Source: a bacterium (GTDB lineage Bacteria; UBA8248). From it: DNA of 64,000 nucleotides. Shown one piece after another: positions 19,443 to 29,156 of this stretch. The notes beneath the pieces were generated by a model, which saw only the letters and a list, made by a program, of their open reading frames with translations, was not told the DNA's origin and made no database searches. The DNA lies in assembly GCA_965203325.1 (NCBI GenBank), contig OZ241875.1, forward strand, positions 992,001 through 1,056,000. The letters run 5' to 3'. How positions within the stretch are numbered: the first letter of the stretch is position 1; every line of letters starts with the position of its first letter. Made by a program: the position numbers and the translations under genes.

Positions 19443-21025
19443 TGGAAATGGGAGACTTGTTCGAGTCGAACAACCCGCCCGATCGGGGAAACGCGCCCAG
19501 AGCGGGGTATCTGGTGACCAATCAACTCAACCTGATGTACATGCTCGCCGCAGGTTTGATGATCCCGCCCGCCGGCTTCGGGGGTAAATACTACCGGGAT
19601 ACGCTTGAATGTTTCCCCGGCTGGATTCCCTTGTTCATCGACAAGGTGTCCAAGGCAGCGATCGAGTTTTCCACGAAAGATGCCAGACACCTCAAACCGT
19701 GCATCATCGAGGTCAACCTGTCCGGATTGTCGGGCCGAGTGATGGCGCTCGGAAGCGCTGGCCTGAAGGAGCTTCGTTTTCCGGAACAATCTGAAAGAAC
19801 TGACCGCGTGCTGCTGTTTCCCGCACCGCTACCTGTGTCCCGGATCGAGTCGGTGATTTTTCAGTCGGCAGACGACAAACGGGCGGTCGAAGCGGACGCC
19901 AAAGACTTTGGCAACGTTCCGCTGGAGGAATTCAAGCGTAGAAGTCTCAAGACACTATTCACGAAGGCTTCCGATATCCAATGGCCACCCGAACAGGGGT
20001 CTGAAGACCGATCTACACCCCTGCAAGGATCCCTTGCAGCCGGCGGTGTCATGGCGATGCTGCTCCTCTTCGCCAATCTCGGCGAGCAGGCGGCTCTGGC
20101 TTGCCGGGATGCCTTCGATCCTGACGATGCCGCGATTCAGCCCGCCTGCAATCTTCCAATCCTTGCCGGACTTGAATCCTGGATCCGGGACGGAGTGGCG
20201 TCACTGCCGGAATCCACGGATATGGAAACGGATCGAGCCGATCTCCAAAACACCTCCCAAGCCAAGCTGTTTTGGAAAGCAATTGATCGGCTGGTGAAAT
20301 GGAGAGATTCCCCTCAAACCGACACCACCGAGAATATTATCATCGACCATCTCTCCGCGGCCATTACCGGCCTCGACCCGAGACTGCAGGCGGGCGTGCA
20401 AAAACTCCACGATACGCTTGTGTCCCTGACCGGCTTGGCCGACGCCACGACCAGTGAGTTGCTCGATCGCCACGATACGCCCCTGGGCCGAGCCTTGACT
20501 CTGTTCTTCCTACGCCGGGACTGCGCGGACCTTTTCGACTATGAGAGCGATCGGCTCACCGAGCCGGACTGGTTGGCTGCCGCTATCTTTTTCGGCGTTC
20601 GGGATGGATGGATGAACCTCCCTCTTCGACTCCGTTCGGGCCGTGATCTTTCGAACGCGGTTTCCCACCGCATGGCGCGTCTTTCTCATCGGATTGCCGG
20701 TACCGGTCTGGAACTTGGCGAAATCCCACCCAGGGTCCGGCCGCTACGCGAACTCTTCGGTGACGGATCGGCTTGGCGATCCAGAAAGAAGTCCGCTGCA
20801 CTGGCGCTCGCACGAGCGCGGAAATGGGACTGCGTTCATACTCGCATCAACCTCGGTCGGAGGAAATACAAGTTGAGCGTCAGGGGCGGTTCGACGCAGA
20901 TCGAAATGCCCGGCGAGCCCCGCATAACCCCCGAAGTCGACACGAGTCGCTTCTTCGACTTGCTCGCCAGTGCGCGCCTCGACCACCATAGCGCCGCAAA
21001 GATTCGCGGAATGCTCCAGGGCTGA
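19439..21025 (+). CDS. Uncharacterised 528-aa protein; N-terminus possibly a degenerate ADP-ribosyltransferase (DarT-like) fold
   Basis: Long ORF overlapping the upstream stop. YLVTNQLNLMYMLAAGL and VLLFPAPLPVSRIESVIFQS resemble ART strand motifs (by eye only). Confidence 0.7.
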   Translation: MMEMGDLFESNNPPDRGNAPRAGYLVTNQLNLMYMLAAGLMIPPAGFGGKYYRDTLECFPGWIPLFIDKVSKAAIEFSTKDARHLKPCIIEVNLSGLSGRVMALGSAGLKELRFPEQSERTDRVLLFPAPLPVSRIESVIFQSADDKRAVEADAKDFGNVPLEEFKRRSLKTLFTKASDIQWPPEQGSEDRSTPLQGSLAAGGVMAMLLLFANLGEQAALACRDAFDPDDAAIQPACNLPILAGLESWIRDGVASLPESTDMETDRADLQNTSQAKLFWKAIDRLVKWRDSPQTDTTENIIIDHLSAAITGLDPRLQAGVQKLHDTLVSLTGLADATTSELLDRHDTPLGRALTLFFLRRDCADLFDYESDRLTEPDWLAAAIFFGVRDGWMNLPLRLRSGRDLSNAVSHRMARLSHRIAGTGLELGEIPPRVRPLRELFGDGSAWRSRKKSAALALARARKWDCVHTRINLGRRKYKLSVRGGSTQIEMPGEPRITPEVDTSRFFDLLASARLDHHSAAKIRGMLQG

Positions 21026-21032
21026 TCCCGTC

Positions 21033-22628
21033 ATGCGCATGGTCCCAAGCGCGCCGTTCGACACAGGAAGCCAGGCGGAGAAACGGGTCTTCGAACGGCT
21101 CTGCCGCACCTTCGATGACCGATATACCGCCTATCATTCCTTGAAACCAACCACACATCCGTACAAACAATATCCGGAGATCGACTTCGTCATCTGCGGC
21201 CCGGAAGGGCTGTATGTACTGGAGGTGAAGGGCGGAAGAATCGCCTTAAGCGAGGGCGCATGGCATTACCAGGATCGTTACGGTCGAATCACTCCCCATA
21301 TGGAAAGTCCTTTTCGTCAGGCAGAGACCGCGTTGCATGGGCTTATGGAAAAACTGTGCACCCATCTTTCCTCCACTGTCCTCAGTCGCCTTCGAAGAGG
21401 GTATGGCGTGGTATTCCCCGATTGCGAATGGCAGGCCTACGGATCGGAATGGGATCCGGAGATGGTTGCCGACAGACAACGCAGCCGGGACATGGAAGGC
21501 TGGCTTCGCCAGCTTTTCGAATACTGGAAAAACCGTGGCGGACCGCGAGAACAGGCTGATGACGATACGCTGAGAATTATCCGAGAGCACATTCGCCCGA
21601 ACGTGAGTGCCTCAATCGGGCTGTATGAGGCGCCTGACCCTCTGTCTCAACAAGTGGAAGACGCAGAACGACGCATTGAGCGTATGACTGAAGACCAGAT
21701 GCGAATGTCGGATGTGGCGGAAGCCAATCCGCGAGTGCTTTGCGCGGGTGGCGCCGGAACCGGGAAGACGTTTCTGGCTGAAAGGCTGGCCCGCCGCTGG
21801 ACCGAATACGGCATGCAGGTGGTACTGGTATGCCGATCACCTTGGCTGCGGCACCACCTCGCATCGCGGCTTGCGATCCCTGGCCTGACCGTATCGCTAA
21901 TTGACGGCGTCCACTTGGATTGCCGACGAGCCGGACTGGATCGCTTCGATGCATTGATCGTGGACGAGGGCCAGGACCTGTTCGAGATGGCCAGCATCGG
22001 CATGCTGAACGACGTTCTTGCCGGTGGGTTGGAGAAGGGTCGCTGGTGCTGGTTTCACGATCTGAACAACCAGGCACTCACCCGGCGCTTCGAGCCGCGC
22101 GCGAAGGAATACCTGGAATCGATCAACCCCGTACGCATGCCGCTGCGCACCAACTGCCGGAACACCAGGGTTATCCTGGAATGGGTTCAAGACACTCTCG
22201 GCGCTGACGTTGGTACACGCGGAGCCGGCGCCGGTCCAGAGGTCCGCCGGCATACAGTCTCCGGCCAGCACGAATCCGCCGAGCGCGTTGTCCGAGAGGT
22301 TGCTGAGTTCGTTGACATAGGAGGTCTCGCGCCTGGTTCCGTGACAATTCTCTCACCCTTCGATTACGCCGATTCCTCCGTGGCCCATGTGCCAGCGGAA
22401 GTTGCAGATCGGATTTGCCGTCTGGACGAGTACTCGGTGCGGAGAATTCCGGGCGACAAGGTTGGATTCGCTCGGATCGACGAATTCAAGGGCCTGGAGA
22501 ATGAGGCTGTCATCGTCGTCGATCTTTCCGCTCCGAACCAGACGAACAGAGAATTGGCGGCCCACTACGTAGCTATGACCCGGGCTCGCTCGCTGTTGTC
22601 CATCGTTCAAAGAGAGTCTCGTTTTTGA
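21033..22628 (+). CDS. NERD nuclease fused to an SF1 helicase/ATPase
   Basis: AEKRVFERL...EIDFVI...VLEVKGG (NERD); GGAGTGKT, IVDEGQD, NCRN, KGLENE, YVAMTRAR. Confidence 0.88.
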   Translation: MRMVPSAPFDTGSQAEKRVFERLCRTFDDRYTAYHSLKPTTHPYKQYPEIDFVICGPEGLYVLEVKGGRIALSEGAWHYQDRYGRITPHMESPFRQAETALHGLMEKLCTHLSSTVLSRLRRGYGVVFPDCEWQAYGSEWDPEMVADRQRSRDMEGWLRQLFEYWKNRGGPREQADDDTLRIIREHIRPNVSASIGLYEAPDPLSQQVEDAERRIERMTEDQMRMSDVAEANPRVLCAGGAGTGKTFLAERLARRWTEYGMQVVLVCRSPWLRHHLASRLAIPGLTVSLIDGVHLDCRRAGLDRFDALIVDEGQDLFEMASIGMLNDVLAGGLEKGRWCWFHDLNNQALTRRFEPRAKEYLESINPVRMPLRTNCRNTRVILEWVQDTLGADVGTRGAGAGPEVRRHTVSGQHESAERVVREVAEFVDIGGLAPGSVTILSPFDYADSSVAHVPAEVADRICRLDEYSVRRIPGDKVGFARIDEFKGLENEAVIVVDLSAPNQTNRELAAHYVAMTRARSLLSIVQRESRF

Positions 22629-22855
22629 TGCCGAGCAAGGCCAACCTGATGTTCAATTGTGAGGGTTCACTTACTGTGAGCTTGAGAACTCTTAGCCCTG
22701 CCATGGTTTTCCCGATCCTGCCTCATTTGCCATTTTCCTTTACTCGTTTTTCGACCTGCTTACATTCCCGGCGTTATCTGCGTACCTGCCGTTCAGACGA
22801 TCGGCGGCGGCTCCCGATAGAACTCTTTCCGAACTTTTACCGACGAGGAATATCT

Positions 22856-23152
22856 GTTCGGTCATGGGGTGATAACCTAGTCGATGCCGAAGACAATGTA
22901 GGATTTACGCGGTGTAGCCGGCTTGAACTGGTGTTTTCCTGTTTCTCATCACCCCACCAGCGAACGCTTACGACGAGGACCCACCCAGCCCAGCATGCGC
23001 AGGAGTTGTAAATCATCCGCTTCCGTTTTGATTACATCTTATAAAAACCGATTTCCGAGCGAGATTCGCAAAATAGAAATACCCGAAATACTTTCAACAA
23101 ACTACAAAGATTACTCCCCCGCTGGAAATCCCCGGCTGTCGGAAAACACGCG
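22856..23152 (+). repeat. Structured non-coding repeat, copy A of 3
   Basis: GTTCG..GGGGTGATA..TAGTCGATG..AGACA..CGGTGTAG..ATCACCCC..CGAAC..CCGCTTCCGTTTTGATTAC, matching 30895-31175 and 39535-39722. Confidence 0.85.
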
Positions 23153-23186
23153 AAGCAGAGCATGGGCTTAAACGCCCCTATCAAGA

Positions 23187-24380
23187 TTAGGTATCTTCGC
23201 TAATCTCTGGGTTGGGTTCGACGTGGAATGCAATATCAAAAACCTTTTGTCCCGTTCCCTCGACAGTGCATGTCGCTGACTTCAAATTAGCAAGGGGTAG
23301 ATTCTGGTTAAATCCCTCGAGAAAATATTTCGCCGTATCAAAGGCCATCTTTGGCGTCACCTTAGTTCCAGGCATTTCATAGTTAGTCTCCTGTTCTTGA
23401 TTGAGATTATACCTCTGATCATAATACCGAAAGTTAACTTTCATCGTCATAATAGCTCCTACATGTTTAGCGTTATCAAAGTGTCGTTGTGATAACGAGT
23501 CCCCAAACATCGGCATGGCCGCTTCCTGAGCGATCAGCTTAGCAATACACAGTGAAAGCAAACAAAGCACTTCCGCTGTTTCCTGCTCATGAGGTAGCCA
23601 GGCATTTTTGCGCTTGAGGTTTCCATGAAAATAGAAGCCTCTCTTTTCGACGAGATGATCGATTACTGCTTCAGGCGTCGGAAATGCTGAAATCAGTTTT
23701 TCTGTATCAGAATTCCGAGAATGCGTCGGGAACCTGCATTCCTTAAGTGCATTTCCAACAATTGACACAAATTCAATATTTCTTTTTAGAGCATTTTTGA
23801 GTTGTCCAGCCTTATATTTTCCGTCGCCGTAGAGAGACTCAACCAATAAGAAAGAATAACGAAATGAGTCAATATATCTTCCTTGCAACATCTCTGTTCG
23901 CGCCATTTTGAAAAGATTTGCCTCCAACTTTGGGGCTATCCCTGTTTCTGCTGCCATAATCGCACGAGAGAAAAGGTGGTATGGCACGATCAATGGGGGT
24001 TTGTCGTTTTTAGATTTGAAACTCTTTATCTCAATCTCTTTCTCTTCCTCTTTTGTCTCCCCGATGTACTTGGCCTCTATCTCATCAGCAAGAATTTCCA
24101 CATCGAAATAACACTGGAAATACGCCTGCATCTCTTCCAGTTGCATTTTTACGAATGGCAGTAGTTTATCACGCCCATTCATGGTGAATGCGACTTCCCC
24201 TTCTTCGTGCCTCTCCAACATTGGTGCCATATCCACCGATTGACCTGAGAAACTGATTTCAAAGGCAATTACCACCCCATCTTGTGATACAGCGCGGAAC
24301 TCACCACCCATGATAGGAATAGGCCAATGATCTTCGATGTAGATCGGCTCTCTGAGTTCCACGAGGTATCGAATAAGCAT
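23187..24380 (-). CDS. Hypothetical protein with HEPN-like Rx4H motif
   Basis: 397 aa, visibly AT-rich. SFRYSFLLVESL followed later by KRGFYFHG (R-x4-H). Confidence 0.65.
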   Translation of the reverse strand: MLIRYLVELREPIYIEDHWPIPIMGGEFRAVSQDGVVIAFEISFSGQSVDMAPMLERHEEGEVAFTMNGRDKLLPFVKMQLEEMQAYFQCYFDVEILADEIEAKYIGETKEEEKEIEIKSFKSKNDKPPLIVPYHLFSRAIMAAETGIAPKLEANLFKMARTEMLQGRYIDSFRYSFLLVESLYGDGKYKAGQLKNALKRNIEFVSIVGNALKECRFPTHSRNSDTEKLISAFPTPEAVIDHLVEKRGFYFHGNLKRKNAWLPHEQETAEVLCLLSLCIAKLIAQEAAMPMFGDSLSQRHFDNAKHVGAIMTMKVNFRYYDQRYNLNQEQETNYEMPGTKVTPKMAFDTAKYFLEGFNQNLPLANLKSATCTVEGTGQKVFDIAFHVEPNPEISEDT

Positions 24381-24650
24381 GATCTAAATTGATATCCCTA
24401 GACGACTCCGGTTTGTTCTTGATTTATCCCCGAATCTATCGCCTTATATATAGCTGAAATCTCTTGCGCCGCCTCATTTAAATTTTACACTTCATTATAC
24501 CCTGCCTCGTGATCATTGAAGATACTCAAAGTTCGGCTCGCGATCTTCCTCTACGACCATCGAATCGTTTTATTCACTGAACATATGGATGGTCAACCAT
24601 GCAATGCGGCGCAGACGGCCATCGGGGCAGCCCTTACGGGATTTTTGCGT

Positions 24651-24850
24651 CAACTTCAAAACCGCCGCGACCCTTCGCGCCGCGTCGGTGAAGTGCTGGA
24701 TTTCCTCGGACTTGAAGAGGCGGCCAAGGACGTCATGTTCTCTATAGAAGAGCCATTTTTTCTAGACCCGATACCTGCCGAATTATGTCGCCTGACGGTG
24801 GGGCGGACATCCAGCCAGAAGGCGCTCCCGCTCCGATAAACATCAAAGCC
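24651..24850 (-). pseudogene. Decayed C-terminus of a Type ISP R-M enzyme
   Basis: Across a frameshift and a stop it reads FDVY..AFW.DV..TV / GRYRV*KKWLFYREHDVLGRLFKSEEIQHFTDAARRVAAVL, resembling the LlaBIII-like C-terminal motif GGYQVLKKWLSYRE. Confidence 0.7.
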
Positions 24851-25004
24851 AGAGAGCAAAACTACCTTCCCGCTCTCCACATCAAGCACATCGTTTGTGG
24901 CGGACGTCGCCCGGGAATGATAGGGTATAAAAGCTGGTGCGCGTATTCAATAACGCGTCACGGTGCGGCTAGGGTGCCGCAGCCTGCGAGGGGAACCGGG
25001 CGTG

Positions 25005-25325
25005 ATGAACAGTCGAGTTTTCTGGCTCTGGTTTGCGCTCGGCGCGATTCCTTTCTGGAGTGCGTTTGCGGCCGACGCGATTCTCGCCTCGCTGAATGCG
25101 CGTTTCCTGTCGGGAATCTTTCAATTTGCGCTGCAAATCTACTCCATTCCCGGCGTCATCGTTTCTCTTCCGATTCTGAATCTCGTCGCAAGTCCGTGGT
25201 GGGCCATTGGCGTCATCGGCATCCTGAACGGCGCCGCCTACGGGTTTTCCGCATGGCTGATTGCGCGCTTGATGCGCACGCGGCGTTCGACGCCGCCGTC
25301 GCGGGAGCCTACGGGTGGAAAGTGA
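25005..25325 (+). CDS. Possible small membrane protein
   Basis: Hydrophobic segments (VFWLWFALGAIPFWSAF; WWAIGVIGILNGAAYGFSAWLIA). Its 3' end runs into the MmeI-like remnant. Confidence 0.35.
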   Translation: MNSRVFWLWFALGAIPFWSAFAADAILASLNARFLSGIFQFALQIYSIPGVIVSLPILNLVASPWWAIGVIGILNGAAYGFSAWLIARLMRTRRSTPPSREPTGGK

Positions 25326-25368
25326 CATTTCAGAAAACGAAGCGTTGCAGAACCTGCTCACGTTGAAT
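25271..25368 (+). pseudogene. Frameshifted C-terminal fragment of an MmeI-like (type IIL/IIG) R-M enzyme
   Basis: DAHAAFDAAVAGAYGW / SDISENEALQNLLTLN across a frameshift, matching the AHxxLDxAVxxAYGW...LLxLN tail. Confidence 0.65.
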
Positions 25369-25581
25369 CCGGCGAGCGGGGAGTGGGGCAATCGAACCGT
25401 GATGTGCGATTCTACATGGCTTTCAACCCCTGACAGAACCGGACCGCCATGGTCCATTACGCCTGCCATAACCGTTGTACACAGGGAATTATATCGTTGA
25501 CTGCGATCACCCTGAACCAGACTTGTTTTTAATCGAAAGCCAACGGGGGTTCAACGCAGCCTTCCTTAATGGAGATACGAG

Positions 25582-26313
25582 ATGATCAATGGCTCAGTGA
25601 TCGCTCCCTTTCGACATGATTCGACTTGGCCCGACGGTGTGTTAACGCAGTTCCGTTCGGCCGTCTACTATCTTTATGTGCCTGTCCCCGGACGCGCCCC
25701 CGCAAACTACTTGCGGGAATTGATACTGCAGGAACTGCGCAAGGGGAAGTCGCAAGAAACGTCAACCCAATGGAAATACTTGAAGGACGCCTGTGACAAG
25801 GTAGTCCACTTGGCACTCAAGGGCGTCAACGACGAAGATATGTTCAATCTTGTCAAGAACCTCTTGATTTTTGCGAACCTGTTGCTTGTCTCGGATTACG
25901 GCCTCGAATCATCATCCTCTATGCGGTTTGAGCCTGACGAGTCGGCGAAGAAAGAAGAATATGAAATGGGACGGAAGACAGCAAGGGAACGATTCTCGGC
26001 GAGGATCGACCATGCGTACGAAAGCCTGGAAATCGCCGTTGAGAAATTGAGACAGAGTGATGGTAGCCTGCGCGGGTCGTTGAGGTTGGAAAAGGGAGTA
26101 GCCGTGCTTTCTTCCATCTCGAGTTTTCATCATGACATCAACGCACAAGATGTTTCCAAGGTGAAAATGGTCTGGGTGAAACACGACACCGACAGATGCG
26201 AGTATGAATTCCGTCCTCATGATCCCATTGGATGGGTGATGATGAGCGGCAATCGTTCGAATGACAGATTCGCTGATGACGCTATGTCGAGCATGGGAGT
26301 GTTTGGAAAGTAG
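25582..26313 (+). CDS. Hypothetical protein (243 aa)
   Basis: GGAG SD and protein-like composition; no motif recognised. Confidence 0.6.
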   Translation: MINGSVIAPFRHDSTWPDGVLTQFRSAVYYLYVPVPGRAPANYLRELILQELRKGKSQETSTQWKYLKDACDKVVHLALKGVNDEDMFNLVKNLLIFANLLLVSDYGLESSSSMRFEPDESAKKEEYEMGRKTARERFSARIDHAYESLEIAVEKLRQSDGSLRGSLRLEKGVAVLSSISSFHHDINAQDVSKVKMVWVKHDTDRCEYEFRPHDPIGWVMMSGNRSNDRFADDAMSSMGVFGK

Positions 26314-26570
26314 AACGTCTTGGTTTTCCCTTCGGTGAAATCAACGATGTAATTCCCTGTACTCGAAACGAATCCGTATAACGTAATCGATGGTAGTAGC
26401 GGCATCGGGGCATGTGGCGGGGCTGACTCCCGATGCTGCGCGTCGTAGTACCGTCGTGGTGCATCACACACTCCCGGCGCTTCGAGCCGTTTTGAATTTC
26501 AGATCCAGCGGCCGTACCTGCGGCGCCCGCGGGAACGGGAAGGCGGCGCCACGACACGGGGACTCATCGC

Positions 26571-26900
26571 CTAGGCAATGATGCTTCCGACCTTTTCGGT
26601 GGTCTCGACGAGGTGGGCGTATTCCACCATGGAGCTATGTAGCCGATGCCCGAGCAGCTTGATGAGCAAGGGTAGGTTCTCGCCCGACATGACGGCGTGG
26701 CTTGCCGCCGTGTGCCGCAGGTCATGCAGCTGAACCTTGCCCAGCTTCGCGTCATCGCAGACCGCGCGCCAGCATGCGACGATGTTGGTGGGCGACTTTC
26801 GCCCGGCGTTCTTCGGGAACAGGAAGGCGTCCCGGTCGCAGAGGTCGGGCAATGACTCGACGACGGCTTGCGGGGCCTCGCCAAACCGTACGGTCCGCGG
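26571..26900 (-). pseudogene. Tyrosine integrase C-terminal remnant
   Basis: LHDLRHTAASHAVMSGENLPLLIKLLGHR...YAHL (HxxR, LLGH, Y); the N-terminal part is missing. Confidence 0.8.
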
Positions 26901-27334
26901 ACCTGCTGGTGACGCGCACGGATTCGTACGCGGCGGCGGGCCTGGCCGAAGCCGGGGCGAAGACGAACCGGCTGCGGCGGCGGCTTGAGGGTTCGCGGAC
27001 GCTGCTCTTCGGCGGGACCCCGTGCTTACGCCCCCGGTGGAAGTGGGCTTCCGCTATGACGGGGGCGTCACGGAGACGGGCGGGGGCCTCAAGGCCTCGC
27101 TCACCGAACCCCCCAGCGGGTAGCTGACCGAGAACGCGTTCTGCTCTGCGGCGCACTGGTAGGCGGAAACGGCGCCCGTCCCGCCGGAAGGCGAACGGCG
27201 CGGGCAGGGTCGGTAAAAAATCCATGGCTGCATGATTCGGCGTGTGGATGTTTTCACCCTCGGGAAGGGGGGAACCGCTCCCCTACCCGGCAGTTTTCAA
27301 CAACCCCGGCGACGACTTCTTGCGGAAAGCGGCT

Positions 27335-27817
27335 GGTAAGCGTTTATCCAGGCCGTGATGGAGTGGATCTCACTGCCGAGCGGCTCCCGCTTAACGCCGA
27401 CATCTATTAGATAAACCGATATTGGAATGTTACTCAAGTACCGCAAACGCCTGAGGATACTACTGAACTGAATAGTGGAGAAAGTATTGAGCAGGACCAA
27501 TTACGTTCGGACAGGACCTCAAACTGCCGCTATCTAGGTGCTGTCATCACGGCTTGGATAAACGCTTATTGCGTCAGGCTAAGCTCTGGAAGGGAGGATG
27601 TGATGACAGCGCCTGAATAGCGGCAGTTTTGTGTCCTGTTCAGCTGTAATTTGTGTGGCTCAATGCTTTCGCCACCATCCAAGTCGGCAGGCTCTCCAAG
27701 CAATTTCGGCGCATGGGCAGCATTCCGATATCGACCTACATCTCATAGAGGTCGGTCTCAATCCGGACCGGGTCGACGCAGAAACCTACTCCGTCACGGC
27801 CTGGCTGAACGGTTACC
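27335..27817. repeat. Long diverged inverted duplication with a third copy of a 24-bp core
   Basis: 27335-27550 is the diverged reverse complement of 27600-27817. The core CATCACGGCYTGGATAAACGCTTA also occurs at 27545-27568. Confidence 0.8.
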
Positions 27818-27829
27818 GTTGCTGAGCAC

Positions 27830-28933
27830 CTAGAAATACCTGCAGCGCATCAGTTCGTTTATTGTTCGCTGAAGGTCCGCCAGGAAGTTCTCATCAATGG
27901 TGTCCGTCCACCAATGTGCGATGTCATCCCTGTAGCCGGTCAGCTCCCGCAGCGTCTTCTTGCCGGCGACAACTACGTTGTCTTCCCTGACATTTCCCTG
28001 GTAACCCAGGCACGTCTCTGCTGTCTCTGCCAACGATTGCCACAACCGCAAGTACTGGAGTCGTTGATAGGAATCGTCCTTGCGCTCATCGCTGTACATG
28101 GAGTTGATTAACAGCGCCATATGCGGAGTCCCCATGTCCGGTTCCATAGCAGCAATGGCTTTTCGAATCTCTGACGCCTTGCACCTGAAAGCCTTTGAAT
28201 CCATCACAGTTGCTGTACCCAGTCTCGCTGACGCCGTAGGTCGCATCATCACCACGAAGCGGCCATCGTCCGTCACGAGGCAACTCTGCTCCACGTATTT
28301 GCGTATCGGATCCGGCGTCTGCTGGCCCACACGGACGCCCGCCAGTATCATGTTAACCAGTTGTTGATTTCCGGGCAGTTCCGGCCACGCACCGTCTAAA
28401 GTAGCCCAAGCGGTTATGAACTTCTCGCCCTCCCTGCCGCCGACCAATGCGGGCATTTTTTCACCATCGCGTACAATTACTTCGTCCAAAACACTGCATT
28501 CACCCTTGAGCATCTCGACCGGCGTCAATTCGTTATATTCCTCGATGACCAAGAACACAGGCACTCTGCCATTTTGCTGGACTCTGACCTTCTTATCGGT
28601 TTCGGCAACCACGTGCCGCAGAGAAGGGCTGATAGCATAATGCCTGTTGTGCGTCGCGTTCTCGAAATAATCAACCAGGTTCGAGAGGACACACGCTTGA
28701 ACCGAGGGAGACGTATAAATGGTGTGATGAGGATCCTCACCGTTCGGACGGAAGTCGATTTGCGGGAACTCGAAAATCTGTGTTCGGCAATGCCCACTGA
28801 TTGTGCAACAAAATTCTTTGCCGCCTATACCCTCGTACATCATCCGTAGTCCGGCTAGAGAAAAGTGGGCCTTTGGAGGGATCGGCTGCAGGGACTTCTG
28901 ACGATCCGCTACTGTTCGGCTCTTTCTCGTCAT
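27830..28933 (-). CDS. Hypothetical protein with C-terminal HEPN-like domain
   Basis: YLRLWQSLAE...YRDDIAHW (R-x4-H) near the C-terminus; GGAG SD. Confidence 0.7.
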   Translation of the reverse strand: MTRKSRTVADRQKSLQPIPPKAHFSLAGLRMMYEGIGGKEFCCTISGHCRTQIFEFPQIDFRPNGEDPHHTIYTSPSVQACVLSNLVDYFENATHNRHYAISPSLRHVVAETDKKVRVQQNGRVPVFLVIEEYNELTPVEMLKGECSVLDEVIVRDGEKMPALVGGREGEKFITAWATLDGAWPELPGNQQLVNMILAGVRVGQQTPDPIRKYVEQSCLVTDDGRFVVMMRPTASARLGTATVMDSKAFRCKASEIRKAIAAMEPDMGTPHMALLINSMYSDERKDDSYQRLQYLRLWQSLAETAETCLGYQGNVREDNVVVAGKKTLRELTGYRDDIAHWWTDTIDENFLADLQRTINELMRCRYF

Positions 28934-29156
28934 GATGAATTTACTCCCTCCATTGTTGCCATTCCGCCTCCCGTCCTTGGCCTAGTCGCCGAGTTAAGAT
29001 CAGCCCGCGGTTTCCGGCCAATTCAGCAACTTGTCCATTAGATTCTTTCGCTCTCCACAGCTTCGTGTCGAACTAGCATTTCTCATGCTGCGTGGCGTAG
29101 AACCTGCGGCAGTTGCATCGATCGATCCGAGCGTCACGCAGTCCCACCGATCGTCG

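Noticed and set aside
22625..23171. ORFs 22625-23011 and 22923-23171
   Set aside because: They overlap the non-coding repeat, and the reading frames are not preserved across the three copies.
27293..27307. GTTTTCAACAACCCC resembling an IS terminal repeat
   Set aside because: No partner end or transposase found; too short to support.
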